Shown: piece by piece, positions 44,322-54,568 of the stretch
How the letters are laid out: every line of letters starts with the position of its first letter
Position numbering within the stretch: position 1 is the stretch's first letter
NCBI GenBank assembly: GCA_964606505.1
Contig: CAZSGM010000001.1
Coordinates: forward strand, 113,588-177,587
Length of the DNA: 64,000 nucleotides
Reading direction: 5' to 3'
DNA from: an uncultured Lachnospiraceae bacterium
Lineage (GTDB): Bacteria; Bacillota; Clostridia; Christensenellales; UBA1242
Translations under genes and position numbers: made by a program
The notes under the pieces: model-generated
The model's input: the letters and a program-made list of their open reading frames with translations, nothing else
What the model was told of the DNA's origin: nothing
The model's database searches: none

Positions 44322-45540
44322 CTAAATATACCAAACTGGAACAATCAAAGTATCCTTATTAAGGGCTGTTAATGTTTCTTTCATACAAATGATTGCGCCG
44401 TGCCCGACCTCAACTTGCGCGTTTTTTAGAATGTCGAAGTTTTTAACCATAGCAGTATTTGGGTTGGACGTTTTTTTGATTTCAATTGGTTGTAAAACAT
44501 TGTTTGATTCAAGTATAATATCAATTTCGCGTTGTAGTTTATCTCGGTAGTAATACATAAATGGTTCTTTGCCTGTATTTAGATACGACTTGCGAATTTC
44601 AGCGACGATATAGTTTTCAAGTAGCGCGCCGTTTATAGAGCCGTTTTGCAAAATTTCCGCGCTTGAATATCTTGTTAAATAGCAAACCAGCCCTGTATCA
44701 AAAAAGTAGAGTTTGGGAGTTTTAACAACCTTCTTTAAAATATTATTGGAATATGGGTGTAAATAAAAAATAATTTCTGATTTTTCAAGCATTCCCAACC
44801 ATCTTTTGACCGTGTCATCGCTGACTTCAATATCTACAGCGATTGAATGGACATTTAACTCCTGTCCAACCCTGCACGCCACAGCTCGAATAAAGTCAAT
44901 AAATTTTGTGTCGTCTTTAACTGCTATCTCATCTTTAACATCTCGCGACAAATATGTTTGCAGGTAACTAGAGTAATAAATATCTCTGTTTGTGTATTTT
45001 CCACTTGAAAGTGCGGGCAATCCACCGTTCCAAATTCGCGCAAAAATCTCGTCAACTCCCGCGGGTGTGTTGTGTTCTGAACGCAACTGCAGGGTTTCTA
45101 AGCAAACCTCAAATGGCTGCAAGTCGTTTTTTGCAAACAACTCGTGTTGCGACAGTGAAGTCAAATTCAAGATTGCAATGCGTCCTGCCAAACTCTCTTG
45201 CGCAAGCGTCATTAACTTGTAACTTTGCGACCCAGTCAGCCAGTAACTTCCCGCGTCCGCGCCGTTGTCTATCGCAATTTTTATACGAAAACAATTCGGG
45301 CGCATACTGAACCTCGTCAATCAAAACTGGTGGCTTGTGTAACTGCAGGAACATCTCGGGGTCGCTTCTTGCGAGGTTTCGCTCTTGCAAATCGTCAAGC
45401 GTAACCCGTTTTCGTTCTCCGTCGATATGCTCAAGCATTGTACTTTTCCCAACTTGCTTTGGTCCCGTAATCAAAATGCACGCGTACTCTTTTGTTAGGT
45501 TCTTAATGACGTCCTCCATATCTCTTTTGATGTAATCCAT
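44322..45540 (-). pseudogene. AAA+ ATPase (DUF4143 family) split by a frameshift
   Basis: Two overlapping minus-strand ORFs (45109-45540 with the GPKQVGKST Walker A; 44322-45320 with the rest). Reading ...LIDEVQYAPELFSY then KIAIDNGADAGSYWLTGSQ is restored by removing one T from the T5 run at 45278-45282. A TTGACA-17-TAAAAT promoter lies on the minus strand at 45722-45694. Confidence 0.8.
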
Positions 45541-45973
45541 AACTTTTTCTCCTTTTAATTTTTATGTTAATTCATCCAATTAAGTTTTTTTCTTATTTTT
45601 ATATGGTTCATTCACTTTTTGTTTTTTGCCTATTTTCTCCCGAAAACTAGGTTTTTACTGCATTATTTTTGGACGAAAATGCGATACAATCTTATTTTAG
45701 TCCATTTTTAACAAAATGTCAACCTATTTTTGCAATGTTTTTTAGTTGACAATAGGGGAATGGGGCAAAATCGCGTTGGGCGTAATAATGCTAGGTGCAA
45801 CTAGGTTAGTTGCATTGCGGCGAGCGCAGTGGTGTTGAGTTTGATTAGGTTAGACGCATTGCGGCGAGAATAATTAAGTTGGATATAGTTAAATTGAGAA
45901 AATGTCGCAAAAGATTATATGTTAAAGTATAAGCGGCAATTAAGTATAGGGCGTTGGGTGGGCGCGAAAAAAC

Positions 45974-46096
45974 GTAGAAAGGGAGTTTCGGGGGGTGTTG
46001 CAAATAAAAAAAATCTAAGTAATTTACAATCGAACTACTTAGATACTAAAAACAACTAATTTCAAGTGGAATGTTTTGTTGCTAGGCACAAAACTT
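45974..46096. repeat. Direct repeat DR2, copy b
   Basis: See copy a. Confidence 0.85.
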
Positions 46097-46179
46097 GCCG
46101 CATAGTCGTTTTGTCGGCGCAAACATTGTTTTATTGCGTCGTATTCGATTTGCTAAACTACTTAGATATTAAAATATGT

Positions 46180-46743
46180 TTATTTAATGCACATAGGAAC
46201 AATTATTCCGACGACAATTATCAGCATAATCATCACGTACAAAACTTTCCAAACCATTTGCTTAGGGCGGACATACTTCCAGCCGAGCACGCCAACAACG
46301 CAAATCATCATTGCGGTCGCCAGCGCTTGCAAAATTGTAACGGCGGTCGCAAGTTTTGTAGCGTCGATTGCCGCCAAAACTAGCCCGATGAGGTACAAAA
46401 TTGCAACGGCACCCAAAAGGTAAAATGAAATTTTATTCAAACCCCACATAACCCTTTTTCTTGGGGAACTCTTTTTTGCACTTGACTTACTTTGCGTGCT
46501 AGTTTTAGCGGGTGCGCTAGGTGCGCTTGACTTAGCCGGTGCCGAACTGCTTGCTGTGCTTGTTTTTGTAGCAGGCTTTGCAGTTGTTTTAGCAGCGCTT
46601 GATTTAGCGGCAGCAGGCGCGGTTGACTTGGTTGCGCTCGCCGTCTTTTTAGGGGCTGCGCTCGCCGAAGTTTTGCTCTTAGCAGCAGTTGACTTAGTCG
46701 TAGTTGCCTTTGCGCTAGATGTTGTTTTCTTTGTTTCAGCCAT
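46180..46743 (-). CDS. Membrane protein with a ~100-aa Ala/Lys/Ser/Thr-rich N-terminal tail and three C-terminal TM helices
   Basis: GGAG RBS before ATG at 46743 (MAETKKTTSSAKATTTK...). The track start 46812 is less likely. Confidence 0.65.
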   Translation of the reverse strand: MAETKKTTSSAKATTTKSTAAKSKTSASAAPKKTASATKSTAPAAAKSSAAKTTAKPATKTSTASSSAPAKSSAPSAPAKTSTQSKSSAKKSSPRKRVMWGLNKISFYLLGAVAILYLIGLVLAAIDATKLATAVTILQALATAMMICVVGVLGWKYVRPKQMVWKVLYVMIMLIIVVGIIVPMCIK

Positions 46744-46934
46744 AATTAACTCCTTTATAAATTTCGCTAATATTATACTATTTTCGCAAAAAAATGTAAA
46801 GAGTTTTTGCAAAAAAACATTCTCGTCGGCGTATTTTGTAAAGTTTTACGCTGATGTCGAATGGGAAAACAATGTTTTTTGTTTTTAGTTATTTTGCTTT
46901 CGTTAGTTTGTTAGTTCGTTAATTACTTAATTAC

Positions 46935-47797
46935 TTAATTATTTTCGTCGTTTTCGTTGTTGGTGGTTAATGGGGTGGATGTTTTGGTGTTCAGTAGTTG
47001 CGGGTTGTTGGCGTTTATTGGCGTAACGACCGAATGCCCGAGTTTGTTTTCAATGCCCGTTCTTGCGTTTTTCGCGATTTGTCCGCCATCCCTTGCAACT
47101 TTTTTGTTTTCGTCGAGCGACTGTGGCTGCAGTTGTTTACTAATGGCGGTCGTTGAAACCTCTGCAGCATATTGAGAACCAATTCAATGTCGGTCATATT
47201 GTCGCGCAGGTTTTCCTTTTTGAGCCCTTTGAGTTGTTTGTATTCTTGAACGGACAGCCCCGACCACGCCCTCGTCATCTCGTTTGTTAGGATTGCGTAA
47301 TCCTTTTCTTGCGTTATGCCTCGATCTTGCCATTCTGCCGTGAGTTCTTTGCGTGTCTTGATTGTCATCATCCTTTGCGTAATCCAATCCTCAGGATAAC
47401 CCTTTGCGCGGTAGGTGGCAATTGCCCTGTCTATCACTTTTTGCGGGTCAGCAATTTCGTCTAGGCGCTCGCTCCCGACTTGCGCAAGCCAAACTTTAAA
47501 CGGTTCTGCTTTTGGGGAAGGGATAGATTGAATGAGGCGCAACAACCATTTCGTATTTAACAAATCGGTTTTATATAATTTACCATCTGGAGAAGGTAAT
47601 TTCAGTTGCACGAGATTTTCGTGCAACTCACTTCCTTCTTGTTTTAGTTTTCTTTTTAAGTCGCTCCAATAGTTGCGAGGTGTCTTGCTGTCGCTAAAAA
47701 CAGCGCAAACGTCAACGACGGAAAAATACCAATCTTCCTCTTGCGCGTTCCACTCTGTTCGAATTTTCTTGTCTTCAAAAATTTTGATGTTTGGCAT
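46935..47797 (-). pseudogene. BRO-N domain (DinD-like/antirepressor-like) gene with a 1-nt frameshift near 47165
   Basis: The N-terminal 210 aa are intact (KIRTEWNAQEEDWYFSVVDV..., SPKAEPFKVWLAQVG, KGLKKENLRDNMT). After ...LVLNML the family-typical continuation AEVSTTAISKQLQPQSLDENKKVARDGGQIAKNARTGIENKLGHSVVTPINANN... is found in the adjacent frame, running to a stop at 46935-46937. Confidence 0.75.
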
Positions 47798-47979
47798 ACT
47801 TTTCTCCTGTGCTATTATTATAACATAACTTAGGTAGTTTTGTATTGAATTTGTTTTGATTTTAAATAAAAATTTGTTATACTTTTATTAAGTTTATCGT
47901 TGCATTGTTTGCGTCCAAAGTTTTGGCTAAAAATAATAATTTTTTGCTCGACGCAAATAATAGTTGCAAAGGAGTAAGT

Positions 47980-50900
47980 ATGCTTAGTCTTGAAACACAG
48001 AAGAAAAGTACGGCTGTCGCAAAAGTCCTAATCGCGCTTGCGGTTGTGATGTTCTCGTTTTTCGCGTTTTGTGCGTGCGGCGAGGGCGACGGAAAAACGA
48101 TTGATAAAATCGTTATAACGCAGTCCAAAATACAACTTGTTGTTGGCACGTCAGAGCAGTTGACGCTCACGTTAACGCCGTCTAATGCGACCGACGTCAG
48201 CCTCGCGTTTGTTAGCGCGGATACGAGCGTTGCGACAGTTAGCCGCGAGGGTATCGTCCAAGCAATCGGCGTTGGTTCAACCACTGTTTCGGTAACGGCA
48301 ACCAAGGGCGGCGCGAGTGCGGTCGTTCCTGTCGTCGTAACCAACACGCCTGTTGAACTTAGCAAGGTCAGCGGCGTGCAGTTCGACGGCGAAAAGGTTG
48401 TCTGGGACAGGGTCGACAACAACTACGGCTACGAGGTTACGCTCAACGACACAGTCTACGACAAAACGCTAGTAACCGAGTACTTTACCGACTTTGAAGT
48501 GGGCGTTGAAAACAAAATCAGCGTCCGCGCGCTCGGCAACTCAAAGGCTTACCTTGATTCAGAGCCATCCGACGATTTTGTGTTCACGCAACTATCTACG
48601 CCAACAATCTCAATCGAACAGGGCGAAATTGTTATCGTGCCAAACTCGGACGCGACTATTTTTGAGATACTGATGAATGGGCAGACGCACAAAAACAGGT
48701 TTACCTCGCAAAGGTATATCATTGAGAGCGACCTTGAGGCGGGTTTCTACGCCTTTAAAGTGCGCTCGCTCGGCAACACCAGCCAAAACACCTACAACTC
48801 AAGTTTTTCTAACACGATAACAGTTACAAAACTCTCCGCGCCAACAAGCGCACAGGTCGAGGACAGGGTTCTAACCTTTGAAAGCGTCGTCGGCGCACAG
48901 AGTTACGACATAAAGATAGTTAATAACGAAAACAATGAAACATCACTGCAGTCCATTCCTGCCGCCTCGTCATTTGTTGAGTACAACCTCGGCGAGGGGT
49001 ATCAGGCGGGGGCATACGACATTTTCATTATGGCAAAGGGCGACAAGCACACAACGCTTGACTCGGCGTTCTCTACACAGTTTGCCGTCGACAAACTTTC
49101 GAAGCCTGCAAACTTTAAGATTACCAACGGGCTTCTTACGTGGGACACGGTCGACAATGCGACGGGTTACGCGCTAAGTGTCGAGCACAACGGCGAAGTT
49201 GTTTTGGAGGAAGAAATTGTTGACCCACAGTTTGAGTTTGCTAAGAAATATATCGACGCGGGCAAGTACAAACTGACCGTTACCGCAACGGGCGGCAACG
49301 TGGGCGACGTCAATAGGTTCGTGAACTCGGACGCGTCGGACGAACTCGAGGTTACAAAACTCCCAATGCCGGAAAGTTTTGCCATTAGGGGCGACGACAT
49401 TGTTTGGGGTACGGTTGAGCAAAGCACGGGTTACTCGATTTTGCTTGACGACAGCCTCCCACTTCCAGTGCAAGCGCACAATTATATCGACCTATTTGAT
49501 ACCGCGACCCAAACTTTTGTTGCGAAAAAATACTCAATTCGCACAAAAGCGATGGGAAACAATAAGGAAATCATTGATTCAGAATACAGCCAAACATTTG
49601 AGTGCAAGAAAATCGGCACAGTCGACCCCGACCAAACAATGCTTAGCGGCGGCGTGGTTACGTGGCAAGGGCTTGCAGATGTGCTCATCTACGACGTGTT
49701 TATCAATGGCGCAGAAACGCCTCTTCGCGTGAGCGGAAACTCAATTGATTTCTCAAATTCGATTTACGCTTCAGGAAACTACAGTATTAAAGTTCAAGCA
49801 ATCAGTTCAGATAACCTCTCCGTTAGCGGCGAGCAATCTAGTGCAATAACATTTACAAAGCTACCTAGTCCAAGCGGCTTTAAAGTGGATGGCGGCGTGC
49901 TTTATTACGAAATGCCTAGCGGCGCAAGTTACAGTGGCTACAACTTACTCGTGGGCAGAACCGAGTACGCGGCAATTTCTGACGAGTACCTTGATTTTGA
50001 TAAGTACTTAAGCGACGACGAGCAGCAAAATGTTTGCCTGCAAGCAATCGGCGACGGGCAAACGACGATTACATCCAACTATAGCGACCCTATCTCGCTT
50101 CACAAGGTTTCTAGCGACATCGGGCTTAAAGTTGAAAACGGGATTTTGAGCTGGAACGCGCAAACGGGCGCGACAGGCTACGAAATCGAAATTGCCTACA
50201 CAGTGGGCGAACTCACGACTGTTCAAACCAAGGCAATAGACGGTGCGAACGCAACAATGCTCAACCTGCAAAGCGACTCAATGTTTGAGAGTGCGGGCGA
50301 CTACAGCGTCAGCATTAAGGCTATGGGGGTTACGAGTCTTGTTTCGGGTTCAACAACCTACACTTACGACATAACGAGTCGCAGTTCGGCGGCAGTGTCT
50401 GTGAAGAAGTTGGCGGCGATTACCGAGTTGAAGGTTGTCGGCGGGCAAATCACGTGGGAAGCGGTAGACGGCGTTACTTACTATGAAGTGGTTGTCGACG
50501 GCGTTTCGCGCGGGAGTGAGTGCGGGGCGGCAAACTTCTACTTCATCGCGGGCAGCGCGGGCGCGCACACGGTCTGCGTATATGCGCGCGGCGACCAAGC
50601 GAATGTTTTGGATGCAAAGATTGTCGATAACACAATCTCCGTTACAAAACTTTCCAACGTGTTTAATATGAGCATAGTTGGCGCCGCCGTAAGGTGGAGT
50701 TCAATTGTCGGCGCAAACACGTACGATGTCGAGGTGCGCAACGAACAAAACGAAGTTGTTAAGAGTGCGCAATCCATCGCAGCAACAACATATACATTCT
50801 ACGGCCTAGAGGGTGGCAAGTCCTATTACGTGCGCTTAAGAGCAAACGGTAACAACACAAACATCGTCAGCGGCGACTTTGGCGCGCAGGCAGGGACTCA

Positions 50901-53900
50901 AACTTACCAAGTAAAAATCCTCGAAGAGCCTCGCAATATTAGAATTGAAGACAATATTCTTTATTTTGGCTACGTTGAAAACGCGGTCAAGTACCAAGTA
51001 GTTTTCTCAACGCCTAGAAGTCAAGACACAATAGACGTTGCGCCACTAGAAGGGCAAACGCAAGGTACGTTTGACGTCAGCGAATACCTAAGCGGCAAAA
51101 GCGCAGGCAGTTACTCAATCTTTATGCGCTCAATCGACGACTCGACATCGCAGGCGTTTGTAAACAGTTCCTACACTTCGTCAACAAGTATCGAAAAATT
51201 GGGCGTTCCTGTGTTCTCAGTCGTTAACGGCGTGCTCACTTACACGCAAATTTATTCGGCAGTTGAATACGAACTCGGCATTAAGAGCGCGAGCGCGGCG
51301 ACGCCTACAATGTTCACAAACGATAAGGACGAAACAACTTTCTTACTTGACAACCGTTTCACAGCGGGCGAATACACGGCGATAATTACCGCAAAGGGTA
51401 ACGGTTCCTCAACTTTCTCAAGCGAAACAAGTACAGAGTTTACGCTCGAAAAACTGAGAACACCTGTTGCGTCAACATCCACAACGCCTGACCTCGAGGT
51501 CAAAAACGGGCAACTCGTCTGGAACGCGGTCGACAACGCTTCACTATACGTGATTTCCGTCTACAAGTACGACCCGCTAGACGACGAGTATAAACTATCT
51601 TACGATATGCAGCTGCAACCTAAGGAGCAGAACACCTACCTGCCTTCCGGCGACCTTGGCTACTATAAGATTGAAATTAGCGTCAAAGGCGACGACACAA
51701 AATATGTCGACTCGGACATCTATAAATACGACAAACGGCTCAGCAAGTTGAACGCGCCAAGCGGGCTTAACGTCAAAAACGGCGCCCTCGCGTGGACGAG
51801 TAACGCAACCGCGCTGCAGGGTTACGAACTTATTATCAATGGCGCGTATGTGTCAGTTGGAAGCGTCAACGCCTATGCACTCGCAGAGGGTTATAGCGCG
51901 ATAACTTACACGGTTATGATTAGAAGCGTCGGCGACAACACCGACACGCTGACGAGCGACTCGTCTGACCCGATTTCCGCAAAGAAACTCGAGAAGATTG
52001 CGTTGCAGACGAAAAACGGAATACTGACGTGGACGGACACGGGCGCGCGCGGTTACAACATTATTGTCAAGAACAGCGAGGACGTGGCGGTTCAAAACTT
52101 TGAGACGCAGGAAACATCGTACTCACTTGCAGGCATTGACGAGGGCTGCTACTATGTTTCAATTACGCAACTTGGCACATTAGTTGGCGACGAAACGGCT
52201 TATTACCTTAACTCGGACACATCGGACGAGTTTAGCGCGTATAAGTTGAGTAAGCCAAACAACTTGCACATCAACTCCGACTTCACGACTACCGACGCGG
52301 CACAGCTCGCGCGAAGTGGTTACCTTGAGTGGGAAGCGGTGGAAAACACTACATCGTATTACGTAAACTATGCGTACCAAACGATGTTGGGCGAAGCGGT
52401 TGCGGTCGACAAAACTTACTACAAGTTTGACGACGACACGCTTTGGGTCGGCGAGTATCAGTTGTCGGTTTACGCAGGCGGCGATAATGTTATTGTTGGA
52501 ACGAGCGAGTTTAAGTGTATTAACTCGGACGCAGCGGTTATTGACGCCGCAAAACTCGCCGCGCCACAGGGACTGAGTGTTTCAAACGGCGTGTTCCGTT
52601 GGGACGACATCGAAACGAGCGCTGACCTCGACGTCAACTATATGTTCTGTTACTATTACGCAGAGGACGGGCAGGAGTTTGATATGTCGCAAATTAACAT
52701 TGAGTTTGCAGGCGACATCAACTTCCACACGCTGAACAAACTCGGCAAGTACAAACTGCTTGTGTATGCCGTTGGTGCGAACTGTATCCAAAGCGATAGG
52801 TCGGAACTTGATGGTGAGTACCTGTTCAACCTGTTTAGCGCAGGCAGTGGTTCACGTAGCGACCCATATATAATTAAGACATTCACTGTTGACGAGGGTT
52901 CGCTTACGGCAAAAACTTACACAGCTTACGAGCAACTTAAATATATTAACTACCTTTACGACAAGCACTTTAAACTTGAGGAGAGCATAACCATCGACTC
53001 GACATACAAGCCGCTCGGCACTTACGACGAGTTGAGTTTCGCAAACCTTGGCGACGGCTTCAAGTTTGAGGGGACAATCGACGGGGGCAACAACACAATC
53101 TACTTTGATAACGCAGGCGGCACGGCAGCGTTCGGTAACGTCGGCAACTTCGGGCTGGTTTCCGCGATTAGTGAAAAAGGTATCGTTAGAAACCTTACGC
53201 TTAGCAACTTCATCGTCAGCGGTTCGTACAACAAAATCGGTATTGTAACTGCGACAAACTACGGCACGATTAGAAACGTTAAAGTCTCCAACACGTCGGG
53301 CGGTATAACCTCGAACTTCACGGGAAGAAACGAGGAAACGTACGTCGGCGGGATTGCGGGCGAAAACTACGGCACGATTAACGGTTGTGCTTCACAGATT
53401 TTAATAAACGCAACAAACAATGAAACGTACGTGTATGCGGGCGGAATTGTGGGTTACAATATGGGTATTGTAATCGACAGCCAAACGCTTGCGATGTACG
53501 ACGGGGTTAAACCGCTTGATAAGCAAATCCGCGGCGCGTATGTCGGCGGGATTGCGGGTTATAACTCGGGTAACACCGCCAAGATTGACGGTTGTAAGAA
53601 TGCGGCGTCATTGTACGCGACGACAAACCGCGGGCAGTACGGGCAGGCAGTTGCGCGCGCGGGCGGTATTGTTGGCGTGCAGAAGTTTGAGGAAGTGTCC
53701 GATACGGGCGTCGTTATGCCGATTGTGAGCAATTGTTACAACGTCGGGCTGGTTAACGCGCTGGCAAGTGGTTCCGACTCGGGCGAGGACGGCTCCAAGG
53801 CGGGCGGTATCCTCGGGCTGATTTCGGGCGGAACGGTTCATAGTTGTTACAACGCCGGCAGCGTTTACACAACCAACGATAGGGGCGAAAACTTTGATAC

Positions 53901-54159
53901 CACTATCGGTGCGATTGTCGGCTGGAACAACAACAGTGAGCAATCGTATGTGTACAACTGCTACTATGTCGACTATCAAGGCATACCTGTCAATTGTACG
54001 CAAAGTATGAAAGCAAGCGAGATGACTAAGGTTTCCGAAGCGCAGTTAAAAGCGGACGGAACTCAAGCAGACGACATTATCAACAAACTTAACGAAGAAT
54101 ACGCAAAGTTTGAATACCGCGAGGGTGGCTATCCAAAACTCGACTGGGAAACCGCCTAA
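47980..54159 (+). CDS. Giant surface lipoprotein (2060 aa): lipobox, Big_2 domain, ~17 FN3-like ~90-aa modules, C-terminal GLUG-repeat domain
   Basis: AAAGGAG RBS before ATG 47980. Signal LIALAVVMFSFFAFCAC. Modules begin with KL[SP]xP and contain [LV]xWxxVxxAxxYxV. The last ~430 aa have SDPYIIKTF, FEGTIDGGNNTI, YVGGIAGEN and AGGIVGYN motifs like the paralogs. Confidence 0.9.
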   Translation: MLSLETQKKSTAVAKVLIALAVVMFSFFAFCACGEGDGKTIDKIVITQSKIQLVVGTSEQLTLTLTPSNATDVSLAFVSADTSVATVSREGIVQAIGVGSTTVSVTATKGGASAVVPVVVTNTPVELSKVSGVQFDGEKVVWDRVDNNYGYEVTLNDTVYDKTLVTEYFTDFEVGVENKISVRALGNSKAYLDSEPSDDFVFTQLSTPTISIEQGEIVIVPNSDATIFEILMNGQTHKNRFTSQRYIIESDLEAGFYAFKVRSLGNTSQNTYNSSFSNTITVTKLSAPTSAQVEDRVLTFESVVGAQSYDIKIVNNENNETSLQSIPAASSFVEYNLGEGYQAGAYDIFIMAKGDKHTTLDSAFSTQFAVDKLSKPANFKITNGLLTWDTVDNATGYALSVEHNGEVVLEEEIVDPQFEFAKKYIDAGKYKLTVTATGGNVGDVNRFVNSDASDELEVTKLPMPESFAIRGDDIVWGTVEQSTGYSILLDDSLPLPVQAHNYIDLFDTATQTFVAKKYSIRTKAMGNNKEIIDSEYSQTFECKKIGTVDPDQTMLSGGVVTWQGLADVLIYDVFINGAETPLRVSGNSIDFSNSIYASGNYSIKVQAISSDNLSVSGEQSSAITFTKLPSPSGFKVDGGVLYYEMPSGASYSGYNLLVGRTEYAAISDEYLDFDKYLSDDEQQNVCLQAIGDGQTTITSNYSDPISLHKVSSDIGLKVENGILSWNAQTGATGYEIEIAYTVGELTTVQTKAIDGANATMLNLQSDSMFESAGDYSVSIKAMGVTSLVSGSTTYTYDITSRSSAAVSVKKLAAITELKVVGGQITWEAVDGVTYYEVVVDGVSRGSECGAANFYFIAGSAGAHTVCVYARGDQANVLDAKIVDNTISVTKLSNVFNMSIVGAAVRWSSIVGANTYDVEVRNEQNEVVKSAQSIAATTYTFYGLEGGKSYYVRLRANGNNTNIVSGDFGAQAGTQTYQVKILEEPRNIRIEDNILYFGYVENAVKYQVVFSTPRSQDTIDVAPLEGQTQGTFDVSEYLSGKSAGSYSIFMRSIDDSTSQAFVNSSYTSSTSIEKLGVPVFSVVNGVLTYTQIYSAVEYELGIKSASAATPTMFTNDKDETTFLLDNRFTAGEYTAIITAKGNGSSTFSSETSTEFTLEKLRTPVASTSTTPDLEVKNGQLVWNAVDNASLYVISVYKYDPLDDEYKLSYDMQLQPKEQNTYLPSGDLGYYKIEISVKGDDTKYVDSDIYKYDKRLSKLNAPSGLNVKNGALAWTSNATALQGYELIINGAYVSVGSVNAYALAEGYSAITYTVMIRSVGDNTDTLTSDSSDPISAKKLEKIALQTKNGILTWTDTGARGYNIIVKNSEDVAVQNFETQETSYSLAGIDEGCYYVSITQLGTLVGDETAYYLNSDTSDEFSAYKLSKPNNLHINSDFTTTDAAQLARSGYLEWEAVENTTSYYVNYAYQTMLGEAVAVDKTYYKFDDDTLWVGEYQLSVYAGGDNVIVGTSEFKCINSDAAVIDAAKLAAPQGLSVSNGVFRWDDIETSADLDVNYMFCYYYAEDGQEFDMSQINIEFAGDINFHTLNKLGKYKLLVYAVGANCIQSDRSELDGEYLFNLFSAGSGSRSDPYIIKTFTVDEGSLTAKTYTAYEQLKYINYLYDKHFKLEESITIDSTYKPLGTYDELSFANLGDGFKFEGTIDGGNNTIYFDNAGGTAAFGNVGNFGLVSAISEKGIVRNLTLSNFIVSGSYNKIGIVTATNYGTIRNVKVSNTSGGITSNFTGRNEETYVGGIAGENYGTINGCASQILINATNNETYVYAGGIVGYNMGIVIDSQTLAMYDGVKPLDKQIRGAYVGGIAGYNSGNTAKIDGCKNAASLYATTNRGQYGQAVARAGGIVGVQKFEEVSDTGVVMPIVSNCYNVGLVNALASGSDSGEDGSKAGGILGLISGGTVHSCYNAGSVYTTNDRGENFDTTIGAIVGWNNNSEQSYVYNCYYVDYQGIPVNCTQSMKASEMTKVSEAQLKADGTQADDIINKLNEEYAKFEYREGGYPKLDWETA

Positions 54160-54250
54160 CGCACAATGTGTTGCACGCATACAAGTGTCAAAACAACGGA
54201 TTGCATATACAATTGTTGGCACACGTACAAGTGTTAGTATACAATAACGA

Positions 54251-54285
54251 AAAAGCCACTAGCAAAATTGCTAGCGGCTTTTTTG
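54251..54285 (+). terminator. Intrinsic terminator after the giant gene
   Basis: GCCACTAGCA / TGCTAGCGGC stem (one mismatch), loop AAAT, T6. Confidence 0.7.
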
Positions 54286-54568
54286 TTGCTCAATAAATGT
54301 TGCTCAATAAATGTTGGGGAATGGGGAGAGGGGGTAAAAAAAATAAGCAATTCAAGTGGTTGAATTGCTTAGATAAAAAGGTCAAGGTTGAGGTTAAGGT
54401 TGGAATTAGGTTTGGGGTGGGGTTTAATTTAAGAAATGGGCATTAGATAGAAAAATGTGTTTAGTATGCAAAATACATTTAAGTGGTAAATATATTAAGC
54501 AGTTAAAATATATTAAGCAGTTAAAATGTTTTTAGTTGTTAAATGGGGTTTGGAAGATAGAAAACAGT

